Part shown: one piece after another, positions 9,557 to 19,174 of the stretch | Layout: each line of letters opens with the position of its first letter | Position numbering within the stretch: the first letter of the stretch is position 1 | DNA from: Escherichia coli | GTDB taxonomy: Bacteria; Pseudomonadota; Gammaproteobacteria; Enterobacterales; Enterobacteriaceae | Reading direction: 5' to 3' (one strand) | NCBI RefSeq assembly: GCF_001677475.2 | Contig: NZ_CP015229.1 | DNA length: 64,000 nt | The notes under the pieces: generated by a model | The model's input: the letters and a program-made list of their open reading frames with translations, nothing else | The model's database searches: none | Told to the model about the DNA's origin: nothing | Made by a program: the position numbers and the translations under genes

Positions 9557-10747
9557 ATGATGAAAACTGTTAATGAGCTGATTAAGGATATCAATTCGCT
9601 GACCTCTCACCTTCACGAGAAAGATTTTTTGTTAACGTGGGAACAGACGCCAGATGAACTGAAACAAGTACTGGACGTTGCCGCAGCATTAAAAGCACTG
9701 CGTGCTGAAAACATCTCAACCAAAGTCTTTAATAGTGGATTAGGTATTTCCGTATTCCGCGACAACTCCACCCGTACCCGCTTCTCTTATGCTTCCGCGC
9801 TTAACCTGCTCGGCCTTGCACAGCAAGATCTCGACGAAGGCAAATCACAAATCGCTCACGGCGAAACCGTGCGTGAAACCGCCAATATGATCTCCTTCTG
9901 CGCCGATGCCATCGGTATTCGTGACGATATGTATCTGGGCGCAGGCAACGCTTATATGCGTGAAGTTGGCGCTGCACTTGATGACGGCTACAAGCAGGGC
10001 GTACTGCCGCAGCGTCCGGCTTTAGTGAACCTTCAATGCGATATTGACCACCCGACTCAGTCAATGGCTGACCTCGCATGGTTACGTGAACACTTTGGTT
10101 CGCTGGAAAACCTGAAAGGTAAAAAAATCGCCATGACCTGGGCCTACTCCCCAAGCTATGGCAAACCGCTCTCTGTACCACAAGGTATCATCGGCCTGAT
10201 GACTCGCTTCGGTATGGATGTCACCCTGGCCCATCCGGAAGGCTACGACCTGATCCCGGATGTCGTTGAAGTCGCTAAAAACAATGCTAAAGCCTCCGGC
10301 GGTAGCTTCCGTCAGGTCACCAGCATGGAAGAAGCCTTCAAAGACGCAGACATCGTTTATCCGAAGTCATGGGCACCTTACAAAGTGATGGAAGAGCGTA
10401 CTGAATTGCTGCGTGCGAACGACCACGAAGGCTTAAAAGCACTGGAAAAACAGTGTCTGGCACAGAACGCGCAACACAAAGACTGGCATTGTACTGAAGA
10501 GATGATGGAACTGACCCGTGATGGCGAAGCCCTGTACATGCACTGCCTGCCAGCTGATATCAGCGGCGTATCCTGTAAAGAAGGTGAAGTGACTGAAGGC
10601 GTATTCGAAAAATACCGTATCGCAACCTACAAAGAAGCCAGCTGGAAGCCTTATATCATCGCCGCGATGATCCTGTCCCGTAAATACGCCAAACCAGGTG
10701 CACTGCTCGAGCAACTGCTGAAAGAAGCGCAAGAACGCGTGAAATAA
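9557..10747 (+). CDS. ygeW: YgeW-type carbamoyltransferase (aspartate/ornithine carbamoyltransferase fold)
   Basis: 396 aa, N-terminus MMKTVNELIKD; contains the carbamoyl-phosphate-binding STRTR motif. Confidence 0.88.
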   Translation: MMKTVNELIKDINSLTSHLHEKDFLLTWEQTPDELKQVLDVAAALKALRAENISTKVFNSGLGISVFRDNSTRTRFSYASALNLLGLAQQDLDEGKSQIAHGETVRETANMISFCADAIGIRDDMYLGAGNAYMREVGAALDDGYKQGVLPQRPALVNLQCDIDHPTQSMADLAWLREHFGSLENLKGKKIAMTWAYSPSYGKPLSVPQGIIGLMTRFGMDVTLAHPEGYDLIPDVVEVAKNNAKASGGSFRQVTSMEEAFKDADIVYPKSWAPYKVMEERTELLRANDHEGLKALEKQCLAQNAQHKDWHCTEEMMELTRDGEALYMHCLPADISGVSCKEGEVTEGVFEKYRIATYKEASWKPYIIAAMILSRKYAKPGALLEQLLKEAQERVK

Positions 10748-10753
10748 CCCCTC

Positions 10754-10775
10754 GGGCCGATCAGCTGGTCGGCCC
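10754..10775 (+). terminator. hairpin GGGCCGA-tcagctgg-TCGGCCC after ygeW
   Basis: Inverted repeat read directly; followed by TCTATTTCC. Confidence 0.4.
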
Positions 10776-10804
10776 TCTATTTCCAGAGGCCAAAAGGATA
10801 GGAT

Positions 10805-12001
10805 ATGTCCGTTTTCTCATTGAAGATTGATATCGCCGATAACAAATTTTTCAACGGCGAAACATCACCGCTCTTTTCGCAAAGCCAGGCCAAACTGGCG
10901 CGCCAGTTCCACCAGAAAATAGCTGGTTATCGCCCAACACCGCTTTGTGCGCTGGACGATCTCGCAAACCTTTTTGGTGTGAAGAAAATTCTCGTCAAAG
11001 ACGAATCAAAACGATTCGGTCTGAACGCCTTCAAAATGCTCGGCGGTGCGTACGCTATCGCTCAATTATTGTGTGAAAAATATCATCTTGATATCGAAAC
11101 GCTGTCATTTGAGCACCTGAAAAATGCCATCGGCGAAAAAATGACCTTTGCGACCACCACCGACGGCAACCACGGGCGCGGTGTGGCATGGGCCGCTCAG
11201 CAACTCGGTCAGAACGCGGTGATTTACATGCCGAAAGGTTCTGCTCAGGAACGCGTTGACGCCATTCTGAACCTCGGTGCCGAGTGCATCGTCACGGATA
11301 TGAACTATGACGATACCGTTCGCCTGACCATGCAACACGCGCAGCAGCACGGCTGGGAAGTGGTACAGGACACGGCATGGGAAGGTTACACAAAAATCCC
11401 AACCTGGATCATGCAAGGCTACGCAACACTGGCAGATGAAGCCGTCGAGCAAATGCGTGAAATGGGCGTAACCCCGACGCACGTTCTGCTGCAAGCCGGT
11501 GTCGGTGCAATGGCCGGTGGTGTGCTGGGTTATCTGGTCGACGTCTACAGCCCGCAAAATCTGCACAGCATTATTGTTGAACCTGACAAAGCTGACTGTA
11601 TTTATCGCTCTGGCGTCAAAGGCGACATCGTCAACGTTGGCGGTGATATGGCCACCATCATGGCAGGCCTGGCCTGTGGCGAACCTAACCCGCTGGGGTG
11701 GGAAATCCTACGTAACTGCGCCACCCAATTCATCTCCTGCCAGGACAGCGTTGCCGCATTAGGTATGCGCGTACTGGGTAATCCGTACGGCAACGATCCA
11801 CGCATCATCTCCGGTGAATCTGGCGCTGTCGGTTTGGGCGTTCTCGCGGCGGTTCATTATCACCCGCAACGTCAAAGCCTGATGGAAAAACTGGCGCTGA
11901 ACAAAGATGCCGTAGTGCTGGTTATCAGCACTGAAGGCGACACCGACGTGAAGCACTACCGCGAAGTTGTCTGGGAAGGCAAACACGCTGTAGCACCTTA
12001 A
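10805..12001 (+). CDS. ygeX: diaminopropionate ammonia-lyase (PLP-dependent)
   Basis: 398 aa; PLP-dependent fold; conserved position after ygeW. Confidence 0.88.
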   Translation: MSVFSLKIDIADNKFFNGETSPLFSQSQAKLARQFHQKIAGYRPTPLCALDDLANLFGVKKILVKDESKRFGLNAFKMLGGAYAIAQLLCEKYHLDIETLSFEHLKNAIGEKMTFATTTDGNHGRGVAWAAQQLGQNAVIYMPKGSAQERVDAILNLGAECIVTDMNYDDTVRLTMQHAQQHGWEVVQDTAWEGYTKIPTWIMQGYATLADEAVEQMREMGVTPTHVLLQAGVGAMAGGVLGYLVDVYSPQNLHSIIVEPDKADCIYRSGVKGDIVNVGGDMATIMAGLACGEPNPLGWEILRNCATQFISCQDSVAALGMRVLGNPYGNDPRIISGESGAVGLGVLAAVHYHPQRQSLMEKLALNKDAVVLVISTEGDTDVKHYREVVWEGKHAVAP

Positions 12002-12058
12002 TCACCCTATTGGAACTACTCCCTGCAAAACGGGGAGTAAAAAATCTGGAGAAAAATA

Positions 12059-13270
12059 ATGGCTAAGAATATTCCATTCAAACTGATTCTTGAAAAAGCA
12101 AAAGATTACCAGGCGGACATGACTCGCTTCCTGCGCGATATGGTTGCGATCCCCAGCGAAAGCTGCGACGAAAAACGCGTAGTACATCGTATTAAAGAAG
12201 AGATGGAAAAAGTCGGCTTCGATAAAGTTGAAATCGACCCGATGGGTAACGTTCTCGGCTATATCGGCCACGGCCCGCGTCTGGTGGCAATGGACGCTCA
12301 TATTGATACCGTCGGCATTGGCAACATCAAAAACTGGGACTTCGATCCGTACGAAGGCATGGAAACTGATGAGCTGATCGGTGGTCGCGGTACTTCCGAC
12401 CAGGAAGGCGGCATGGCATCTATGGTTTATGCCGGTAAAATCATTAAAGACCTCGGTCTGGAAGATGAATATACCCTGCTGGTTACCGGTACGGTGCAGG
12501 AAGAAGACTGCGACGGTCTGTGCTGGCAGTACATTATTGAACAATCCGGCATTCGCCCGGAATTTGTGGTCAGTACCGAACCAACCGACTGCCAGGTATA
12601 CCGTGGTCAGCGCGGTCGTATGGAAATTCGCATTGATGTTCAGGGTGTTAGCTGCCACGGTTCTGCACCAGAACGCGGTGATAACGCCATTTTCAAAATG
12701 GGGCCGATTCTTGGCGAATTACAAGAACTGTCCCAACGTTTGGGCTATGACGAATTCCTCGGCAAAGGCACCCTCACCGTTTCTGAAATCTTCTTCACAT
12801 CCCCAAGCCGTTGCGCTGTAGCAGATAGCTGCGCCGTCTCTATTGACCGCCGTCTGACCTGGGGCGAAACCTGGGAAGGCGCGCTGGACGAAATCCGCGC
12901 CCTGCCTGCAGTACAGAAAGCTAACGCGGTTGTTTCTATGTACAACTACGACCGTCCGTCCTGGACTGGCCTGGTTTACCCAACCGAATGCTATTTCCCG
13001 ACCTGGAAAGTGGAAGAAGATCACTTCACCGTTAAAGCACTGGTGAATGCCTACGAAGGTCTGTTTGGCAAAGCGCCGGTTGTTGATAAGTGGACCTTCT
13101 CAACTAACGGCGTATCTATCATGGGCCGTCACGGCATTCCGGTGATCGGCTTTGGCCCAGGTAAAGAACCTGAAGCGCATGCACCTAACGAAAAAACCTG
13201 GAAATCTCACCTGGTGACCTGTGCCGCGATGTACGCGGCAATCCCGTTAAGCTGGCTGGCAACCGAATAA
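12059..13270 (+). CDS. ygeY: M20-family peptidase / amidohydrolase
   Basis: 403 aa; M20/ArgE/DapE-like metal-binding motifs. Confidence 0.85.
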
Positions 13271-13287
13271 TTACTCTTCACTTATTC

Positions 13288-13312
13288 CCCTCCGGTTCGC
13301 CGGAGGGTTTTT
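13288..13312 (+). terminator. rho-independent terminator-like hairpin CCCTCCGG-ttcg-CCGGAGGG followed by TTTTT, immediately before hyuA
   Basis: 8-bp GC-rich stem, tetraloop and T-tract read directly. Confidence 0.6.
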
Positions 13313-13322
13313 GGAGTTTGCT

Positions 13323-14708
13323 ATGCGCGTATTGATCAAAAACGGCACTGTCGTTAACGCAGATGGACAAGCCAAACAGGATTTGCTGATTGAAAGCGGG
13401 ATTGTTCGCCAGTTGGGCAACAATATTTCGCCGCAGCTCCCGTATGAAGAAATTGATGCCACTGGCTGTTACGTTTTCCCTGGCGGCGTGGATGTCCATA
13501 CGCATTTCAATATTGATGTCGGCATCGCGCGCAGTTGTGATGATTTTTTTACCGGTACCCGCGCAGCTGCGTGTGGCGGTACAACAACCATTATTGACCA
13601 TATGGGATTTGGCCCAAACGGCTGTCGGTTACGCCATCAACTGGAGGTTTATCGTGGCTATGCCGCCCATAAGGCGGTCATCGACTACAGCTTTCATGGT
13701 GTGATCCAGCACATTAATCACGCCATCCTCGACGAAATCCCTATGATGGTCGAGGAAGGGCTGAGCAGTTTTAAACTCTATTTAACCTATCAATACAAAC
13801 TCAACGATGACGAGGTTTTGCAGGCATTACGCCGTCTGCATGAATCCGGCGCGCTGACCACCGTGCACCCGGAAAATGATGCAGCTATCGCCAGCAAGCG
13901 GGCGGAGTTTATCGCCGCAGGGTTAACCGCGCCGCGCTATCACGCCTTGAGTCGCCCTCTGGAATGCGAAGCGGAAGCCATCGCCCGCATGATTAACCTG
14001 GCACAAATTGCCGGTAACGCCCCGCTCTATATCGTGCACCTGTCTAACGGCTTAGGTCTGGATTATCTGCGTCTTGCCCGTGCGAATCACCAGCCAGTCT
14101 GGGTTGAAACCTGCCCACAATATCTCCTGTTGGACGAACGCAGTTACGATACAGAAGATGGCATGAAGTTCATTCTTAGCCCACCGCTGCGTAACGTACG
14201 CGAGCAGGACAAACTGTGGTGTGGCATCAGCGATGGTGCGATTGATGTGGTGGCGACCGATCACTGCACCTTCTCGATGGCGCAACGCCTGCAAATTTCT
14301 AAAGGCGATTTCAGTCGCTGCCCAAATGGCTTACCCGGTGTGGAAAACCGCATGCAGTTACTGTTTTCCAGTGGCGTGATGACGGGACGTATAACACCGG
14401 AACGTTTTGTTGAATTAACCAGCGCAATGCCCGCCAGGCTGTTTGGCCTGTGGCCGCAAAAAGGGATATTAGCGCCCGGTTCCGATGGTGACGTGGTGAT
14501 TATCGACCCACGTCAGAGCCAACAAATTCAGCATCGCCATCTCCACGACAACGCCGACTACTCGCCCTGGGAGGGGTTTACCTGTCAGGGCGCGATTGTC
14601 AGAACATTATCCCGTGGTGAAACGATTTTCTGTGACGGCAGCTTTACAGGCAAAGCCGGGCGAGGTCGTTTCCTGCGACGCAAACCGTTTGTCCCTCCCG
14701 TGCTCTAA
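13323..14708 (+). CDS. hyuA: D-phenylhydantoinase / dihydropyrimidinase-family cyclic amidohydrolase
   Basis: Translation from MRVLIKNGTVVNADGQ; metal-dependent hydrolase motifs (GGVDVHTH); the supplied ORF starts 4 codons earlier inside the terminator. Confidence 0.88.
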   Translation: MRVLIKNGTVVNADGQAKQDLLIESGIVRQLGNNISPQLPYEEIDATGCYVFPGGVDVHTHFNIDVGIARSCDDFFTGTRAAACGGTTTIIDHMGFGPNGCRLRHQLEVYRGYAAHKAVIDYSFHGVIQHINHAILDEIPMMVEEGLSSFKLYLTYQYKLNDDEVLQALRRLHESGALTTVHPENDAAIASKRAEFIAAGLTAPRYHALSRPLECEAEAIARMINLAQIAGNAPLYIVHLSNGLGLDYLRLARANHQPVWVETCPQYLLLDERSYDTEDGMKFILSPPLRNVREQDKLWCGISDGAIDVVATDHCTFSMAQRLQISKGDFSRCPNGLPGVENRMQLLFSSGVMTGRITPERFVELTSAMPARLFGLWPQKGILAPGSDGDVVIIDPRQSQQIQHRHLHDNADYSPWEGFTCQGAIVRTLSRGETIFCDGSFTGKAGRGRFLRRKPFVPPVL

Positions 14709-14755
14709 CCACTGCCAGGGATCTATACACAATCAAGAATGATGAGTGAGGAAAA

Positions 14756-15688
14756 ATGAGTAAGAAAATTGTTCTCGCCCTGGGCGGGAATGCGCTGGGC
14801 GACGACCTGGCCGGACAAATGAAAGCGGTAAAAATTACTTCTCAGGCAATTGTTGATTTAATTGCCCAGGGACATGAGGTCATCGTCACTCACGGTAACG
14901 GGCCACAGGTGGGCATGATTAACCAGGCCTTTGAAGCTGCCGCAAAAACTGAAGCGCACTCGCCAATGCTGCCGATGTCTGTCTGTGTTGCCTTAAGCCA
15001 GGGCTATATTGGTTACGATCTACAAAACGCCTTAAGAGAAGAACTGCTTTCTCGTGGCATTAATAAACCTGTAGCAACGCTGGTTACCCAGGTCGAAGTC
15101 GATGCTAACGATCCGGCATTCCTCAACCCGACCAAGCCGATCGGTTCGTTCTTTACCGAGCAGGAAGCAGAGCAACTGACAAAACAGGGTTACACTCTGA
15201 AAGAAGATGCTGGTCGCGGCTATCGCCGTGTTGTTGCCTCGCCAAAACCGGTTGATATCATTGAAAAAGAAACGGTTAAAGCTCTGGTAGATGCAGGTCA
15301 GGTGGTGATCACCGTTGGCGGTGGTGGTATTCCTGTTATTCGTGAAGGTAACCATCTGCGTGGTGCCAGCGCGGTTATTGATAAAGACTGGGCCAGCGCC
15401 CGTTTAGCAGAAATGATTGATGCCGATATGCTGATCATTCTGACTGCGGTAGAAAAAGTGGCCATTAACTTCGGTAAAGAGAATGAACAGTGGCTCGATC
15501 GCCTGTCATTAAGTGATGCTGAACGCTTTATCGAAGAAGGTCATTTTGCGAAAGGTTCTATGCTGCCTAAAGTGGAAGCAGCCGCCTCGTTTGCTCGCTC
15601 TCGCGCAGGTCGTGAAGCACTGATTACCGTATTGAGCAAAGCGAAAGAAGGGATTGAAGGCAAAACCGGAACGGTGATTTGTCAGTAA
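14756..15688 (+). CDS. yqeA: carbamate kinase-like protein
   Basis: 310 aa; amino-acid kinase fold (MSKKIVLALGGNAL). Confidence 0.88.
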   Translation: MSKKIVLALGGNALGDDLAGQMKAVKITSQAIVDLIAQGHEVIVTHGNGPQVGMINQAFEAAAKTEAHSPMLPMSVCVALSQGYIGYDLQNALREELLSRGINKPVATLVTQVEVDANDPAFLNPTKPIGSFFTEQEAEQLTKQGYTLKEDAGRGYRRVVASPKPVDIIEKETVKALVDAGQVVITVGGGGIPVIREGNHLRGASAVIDKDWASARLAEMIDADMLIILTAVEKVAINFGKENEQWLDRLSLSDAERFIEEGHFAKGSMLPKVEAAASFARSRAGREALITVLSKAKEGIEGKTGTVICQ

Positions 15689-15694
15689 TTTAAA

Positions 15695-15727
15695 GGCCGG
15701 GTGGGTAATACCATCCGGCCATTTTCA
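15695..15727. terminator. bidirectional hairpin GGCCGGGTGG-gtaata-CCATCCGGCC between convergent yqeA and yqeB
   Basis: 10-bp stem (one G-U pair) followed by ATTTTCATTT. Confidence 0.6.
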
Positions 15728-15728
15728 T

Positions 15729-17354
15729 TTAAGCCACTTCCAGCACTTCTTTTGTCGCTTTAACGCCCTGATGCATCAACATCATTAACGCCTCAAGTAC
15801 GCCGCCGCCAATTGCCCGGGCTTTATCAGAAACGCTGGTGAAATCAGCCGTTTCACCACGTGGATCGATATCACCAATTTTAAAACCACCGACCACCGCC
15901 AGTCCGTCGTTCAACAAGCCACGCACCATCCCCGTCAACGGTGCTTTAATTTCATGCTCACCAATCCAGGCAATCACATCGCCCTCTTTCACCAGATCGC
16001 CTAATTTCACGTTGGATCGCATAATGCCTGCAGCAGGAGCACGGATCACCCGTCGGGTGGTATGCCCCATAATATTGCCGGGAACACCGGTATTCTCCTG
16101 CGCACAACCAGAGTAAATCACCTGACCGAGCCAGTGCCCGCGATTTGTTTCAATTACCGCGTGGCAATCCTTCCCAGCAGTAAAGCCCGGCCCAAGCGCG
16201 ATTGTTACTGGTGCCATGTCTGCCCGCGTACCCAAATTCTGTTTCGCCAGAATAGCGTCCACCACGCAAAGCGGTTTCAGTTCATCAAGCAATGAACAGG
16301 CGGGATCTACCATCACAGGGATGAATCCGCGTTCGGTAAGTTTCATCGCTTCCGCAGAGCTGGTTGCCAGGCGGGCAGTGACGCCTTCGACCGTCATTTC
16401 GCCATCGAACACGGCCTGGGCAAACGCCACGGTACAACGAATCACTGTCGGTTGTTCCACTTCCAGCATGATCACTTTAAAACCCGCATGATACAGACGT
16501 AGCGCCACACCACTGGCGATATCCCCCGCACCGCGAATCACCACCAGCTGGTGTCCGGAAGGATGAGAAGGTTTCATCATCAGCCCACCCGGCGCGTTAT
16601 TTTTCACCTGTAATATTTCTGCCAGCACGCTGATGGCGATCTCCTGCGGCGTTTCCGCACCTATGTTGTAACCAACGGGCGCATGTAAACGGGCAATATG
16701 TTCTTCAGCCACGCCTTTTTCACGAAGTTGACGCAAGAAAAGCTGAACCTTGCGACGACTTGCCAGCAACCCCAGCCATGCAATGGGCTGTTCAATGAGT
16801 TTGTCGAGGGCTTCACGATCCTGATTATTCGTGGCAATCAGGACAAAATTATCATGGCGAATATCCAGTGCTTCCACTGCCGCACCAAACGACTCAGCAT
16901 GGAGAAGCGTGGTTGATGGTGGAAATAATTCAGGATTAAGGCTTTCGCGATAAATATCGGCAACGGCAATTTCAAATCCTAATAGCGCCGCACTTTGGGC
17001 TATCGCCCGGTTGACATGCCCCGCGCCAATCAACACCAGACGAGGACGCATACCATGGACGCTGATAAACACGGACATTGCACCTCCACAATCTGACCCG
17101 ACAGCATCCACACCGTTACGAGCCATACGTCCATGGAATAATCGCGGCTTACGCTCCTGCAATGCCTGAAGCGACTCTTCAATCACCTTCCGCTCAACCA
17201 TTCCGCCACCAATTGTACCGACGATAGAGCCATCGGCGCGCACTAACATTTGTGCAGAATGGCGGGGAGTCGAGCCTCGGCTATCAACAATTTGCGCCAT
17301 CGCAAACGGACAATTTTGCTCTTCGAGTTTTGCAGCCTCTGTGAAAATATTCAT
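15729..17354 (-). CDS. yqeB: YqeB; XdhC/CoxI-like molybdenum-hydroxylase maturation protein (selenium-dependent molybdenum hydroxylase marker)
   Basis: 541 aa; XdhC-like accessory domains; partner of yqeC. Confidence 0.85.
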   Translation of the reverse strand: MNIFTEAAKLEEQNCPFAMAQIVDSRGSTPRHSAQMLVRADGSIVGTIGGGMVERKVIEESLQALQERKPRLFHGRMARNGVDAVGSDCGGAMSVFISVHGMRPRLVLIGAGHVNRAIAQSAALLGFEIAVADIYRESLNPELFPPSTTLLHAESFGAAVEALDIRHDNFVLIATNNQDREALDKLIEQPIAWLGLLASRRKVQLFLRQLREKGVAEEHIARLHAPVGYNIGAETPQEIAISVLAEILQVKNNAPGGLMMKPSHPSGHQLVVIRGAGDIASGVALRLYHAGFKVIMLEVEQPTVIRCTVAFAQAVFDGEMTVEGVTARLATSSAEAMKLTERGFIPVMVDPACSLLDELKPLCVVDAILAKQNLGTRADMAPVTIALGPGFTAGKDCHAVIETNRGHWLGQVIYSGCAQENTGVPGNIMGHTTRRVIRAPAAGIMRSNVKLGDLVKEGDVIAWIGEHEIKAPLTGMVRGLLNDGLAVVGGFKIGDIDPRGETADFTSVSDKARAIGGGVLEALMMLMHQGVKATKEVLEVA

Positions 17355-17401
17355 ACCAACCTCAATGGATATCCTTTCAGTAACCCGGAATACCCGGGCC
17401 G

Positions 17402-18172
17402 CTAATTCACAAATCTGCGCGCGATTGCAGGATGTTCTTGTATATCGCCCAGCCAGATTGCCTCTACGTTGTGTTGTTGCAGCGGTTGAAGGAGCTCGCT
17501 TTGCGCAATCGCATTCTCACATTGAGAAAAACGGTTAATGAACCAGACTCGCCGACAACCTTGCGGTACGTTTTTAAATGCGCCCTGAGGGTGGCGAACC
17601 AGCGCAACGAGATCGCTCAGTTGCAAGGTTGCATCAGGTGTTAACCCGGTAATATCAGCAAACTGCGACCAGCGATGGACATTTTCTGTGCTCACTTTCG
17701 CACCCAAAATATGTCCTCCCATCACAGCAATCACGCAGCAACTGCTTTTGGGTATGCAAGGTTCGTGCTCATCAGGCGCTTTTAACGGCATTCCACGCGA
17801 GCCATCTGCCTCAATGAGAATTACGTCACACTCTGGTCGTTGCACCAGTGCATCAATCGCTTCTGGCGTAAATCCCTGCACTTTTCCCTGGTTCGCTTTC
17901 CAGCTGTGAAAACAAAATGAAATGGGGGATGTAAGAGACGTATGAGGAAGCATGGCGGGATCACGACAGAAAACCACGGGCCAGTGAGACGTTGGCATAA
18001 ACATATGTGTCGTCGTAGTGATTAACACACGCCTGCCGCTAGCCTGGAGTAGTTCTGCCAGCCAAAAAAGCAAGCTGGTTTTCCCCCCAGCACCAACAAC
18101 AGAAATCACAGTGGGACGTTTCTGCGCGCCTAAATCAATGAATAATGCCGATGGGTCAACTATACTTTTCAC
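17402..18172 (-). CDS. yqeC: YqeC; P-loop protein (second selenium-dependent molybdenum hydroxylase marker)
   Basis: 256 aa; Walker A-like VVGAGGKTS near the N-terminus. Confidence 0.85.
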   Translation of the reverse strand: MKSIVDPSALFIDLGAQKRPTVISVVGAGGKTSLLFWLAELLQASGRRVLITTTTHMFMPTSHWPVVFCRDPAMLPHTSLTSPISFCFHSWKANQGKVQGFTPEAIDALVQRPECDVILIEADGSRGMPLKAPDEHEPCIPKSSCCVIAVMGGHILGAKVSTENVHRWSQFADITGLTPDATLQLSDLVALVRHPQGAFKNVPQGCRRVWFINRFSQCENAIAQSELLQPLQQHNVEAIWLGDIQEHPAIARRFVN

Positions 18173-18274
18173 GAGTCTTTATGACCTCTCTGGGATAAAT
18201 TACCCCCAACTTAATCCATCAGGAAGTAACGCAATTATCAGGCGTTATTAGCCCCTATAAATAATGGAACCACT

Positions 18275-18853
18275 ATGTCAGCCATCGACTGTATAATTAC
18301 CGCTGCCGGATTATCATCAAGAATGGGGCAATGGAAAATGATGTTACCCTGGCAACAGGGAACAATTCTTGATACAAGTATCAAAAATGCGTTGCAGTTT
18401 TGTAGCCGAATTATTTTAGTCACCGGCTATCGTGGTAATGAACTGCACGAACGTTATGCGAACCAGAGCAATATCACTATTATACACAACCCAGATTATG
18501 CGCAGGGTTTACTAACATCAGTAAAGGCCGCAGTACCCGCGGTAAAAACAGAATATTGTTTTCTCACCCACGGTGACATGCCTACCCTCACCATCGATAT
18601 TTTTAGAAAAATCTGGTCGTTACGAAATGATGGCGCAATACTGCCACTCCATAATGGCATTCCCGGCCATCCGATTTTAGTGTCAAAGCCATGCCTGATG
18701 CAGGCAATCCAGCGTCCCAATATCACCAATATGCGTCAAGCACTCCTTATGGGAGAACATTATTCCGTCGAAATAGAAAATGCAGAAATAATTTTAGATA
18801 TTGATACTCCAGACGACTTTATTACAGCGAAAAAAAGGTATACTGAAATTTAG
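18275..18853 (+). CDS. mocA: molybdenum cofactor cytidylyltransferase
   Basis: 192 aa; MobA-like nucleotidyltransferase (N-terminus ITAAGLSSRMG). Confidence 0.88.
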   Translation: MSAIDCIITAAGLSSRMGQWKMMLPWQQGTILDTSIKNALQFCSRIILVTGYRGNELHERYANQSNITIIHNPDYAQGLLTSVKAAVPAVKTEYCFLTHGDMPTLTIDIFRKIWSLRNDGAILPLHNGIPGHPILVSKPCLMQAIQRPNITNMRQALLMGEHYSVEIENAEIILDIDTPDDFITAKKRYTEI

Positions 18854-19087
18854 AAAACGTAGTTAAACGATTGCGTTCAAATATTTAACCCTTCCAGTTC
18901 TCTTTATCATAATGATAAGGAATCACTGATTTTGAGAAAAGAGAAAAAGTGATAAATGGGTTGCCAATAATAATTTCCAGGAGTGATTTTAATTCTCATT
19001 TGGCACCTGTGAGTTCATTCACAAAAAGCCCCTAAGTTTCGAGCCGCCTCACATTTTTTTATATTTCCCGCCAAACCTGGCAAGAGT

Positions 19088-19103
19088 GGTGCGATTGTTG
19101 CTC
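19088..19103 (+). promoter_or_regulatory. candidate sigma54 promoter upstream of ygfK: TGGCaagagtgGTGC
   Basis: GG and GC at canonical spacing, about 72 nt upstream of ygfK; -12 element GTGC, so imperfect. Confidence 0.3.
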
Positions 19104-19174
19104 TATCCCCCTAAACCACCGGATTTCTCAACACCGGTCACTCAATGATATCTGTATAAGCTAAGGAGAGGGTT

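Noticed and set aside
18961-19020. Second TGGCAC motif (19001-19006) upstream of ygfK as a sigma54 -24 element
   Set aside because: There is no GC dinucleotide at the required -12 spacing (the sequence there is AGTT), so I prefer the candidate at 19088-19103.
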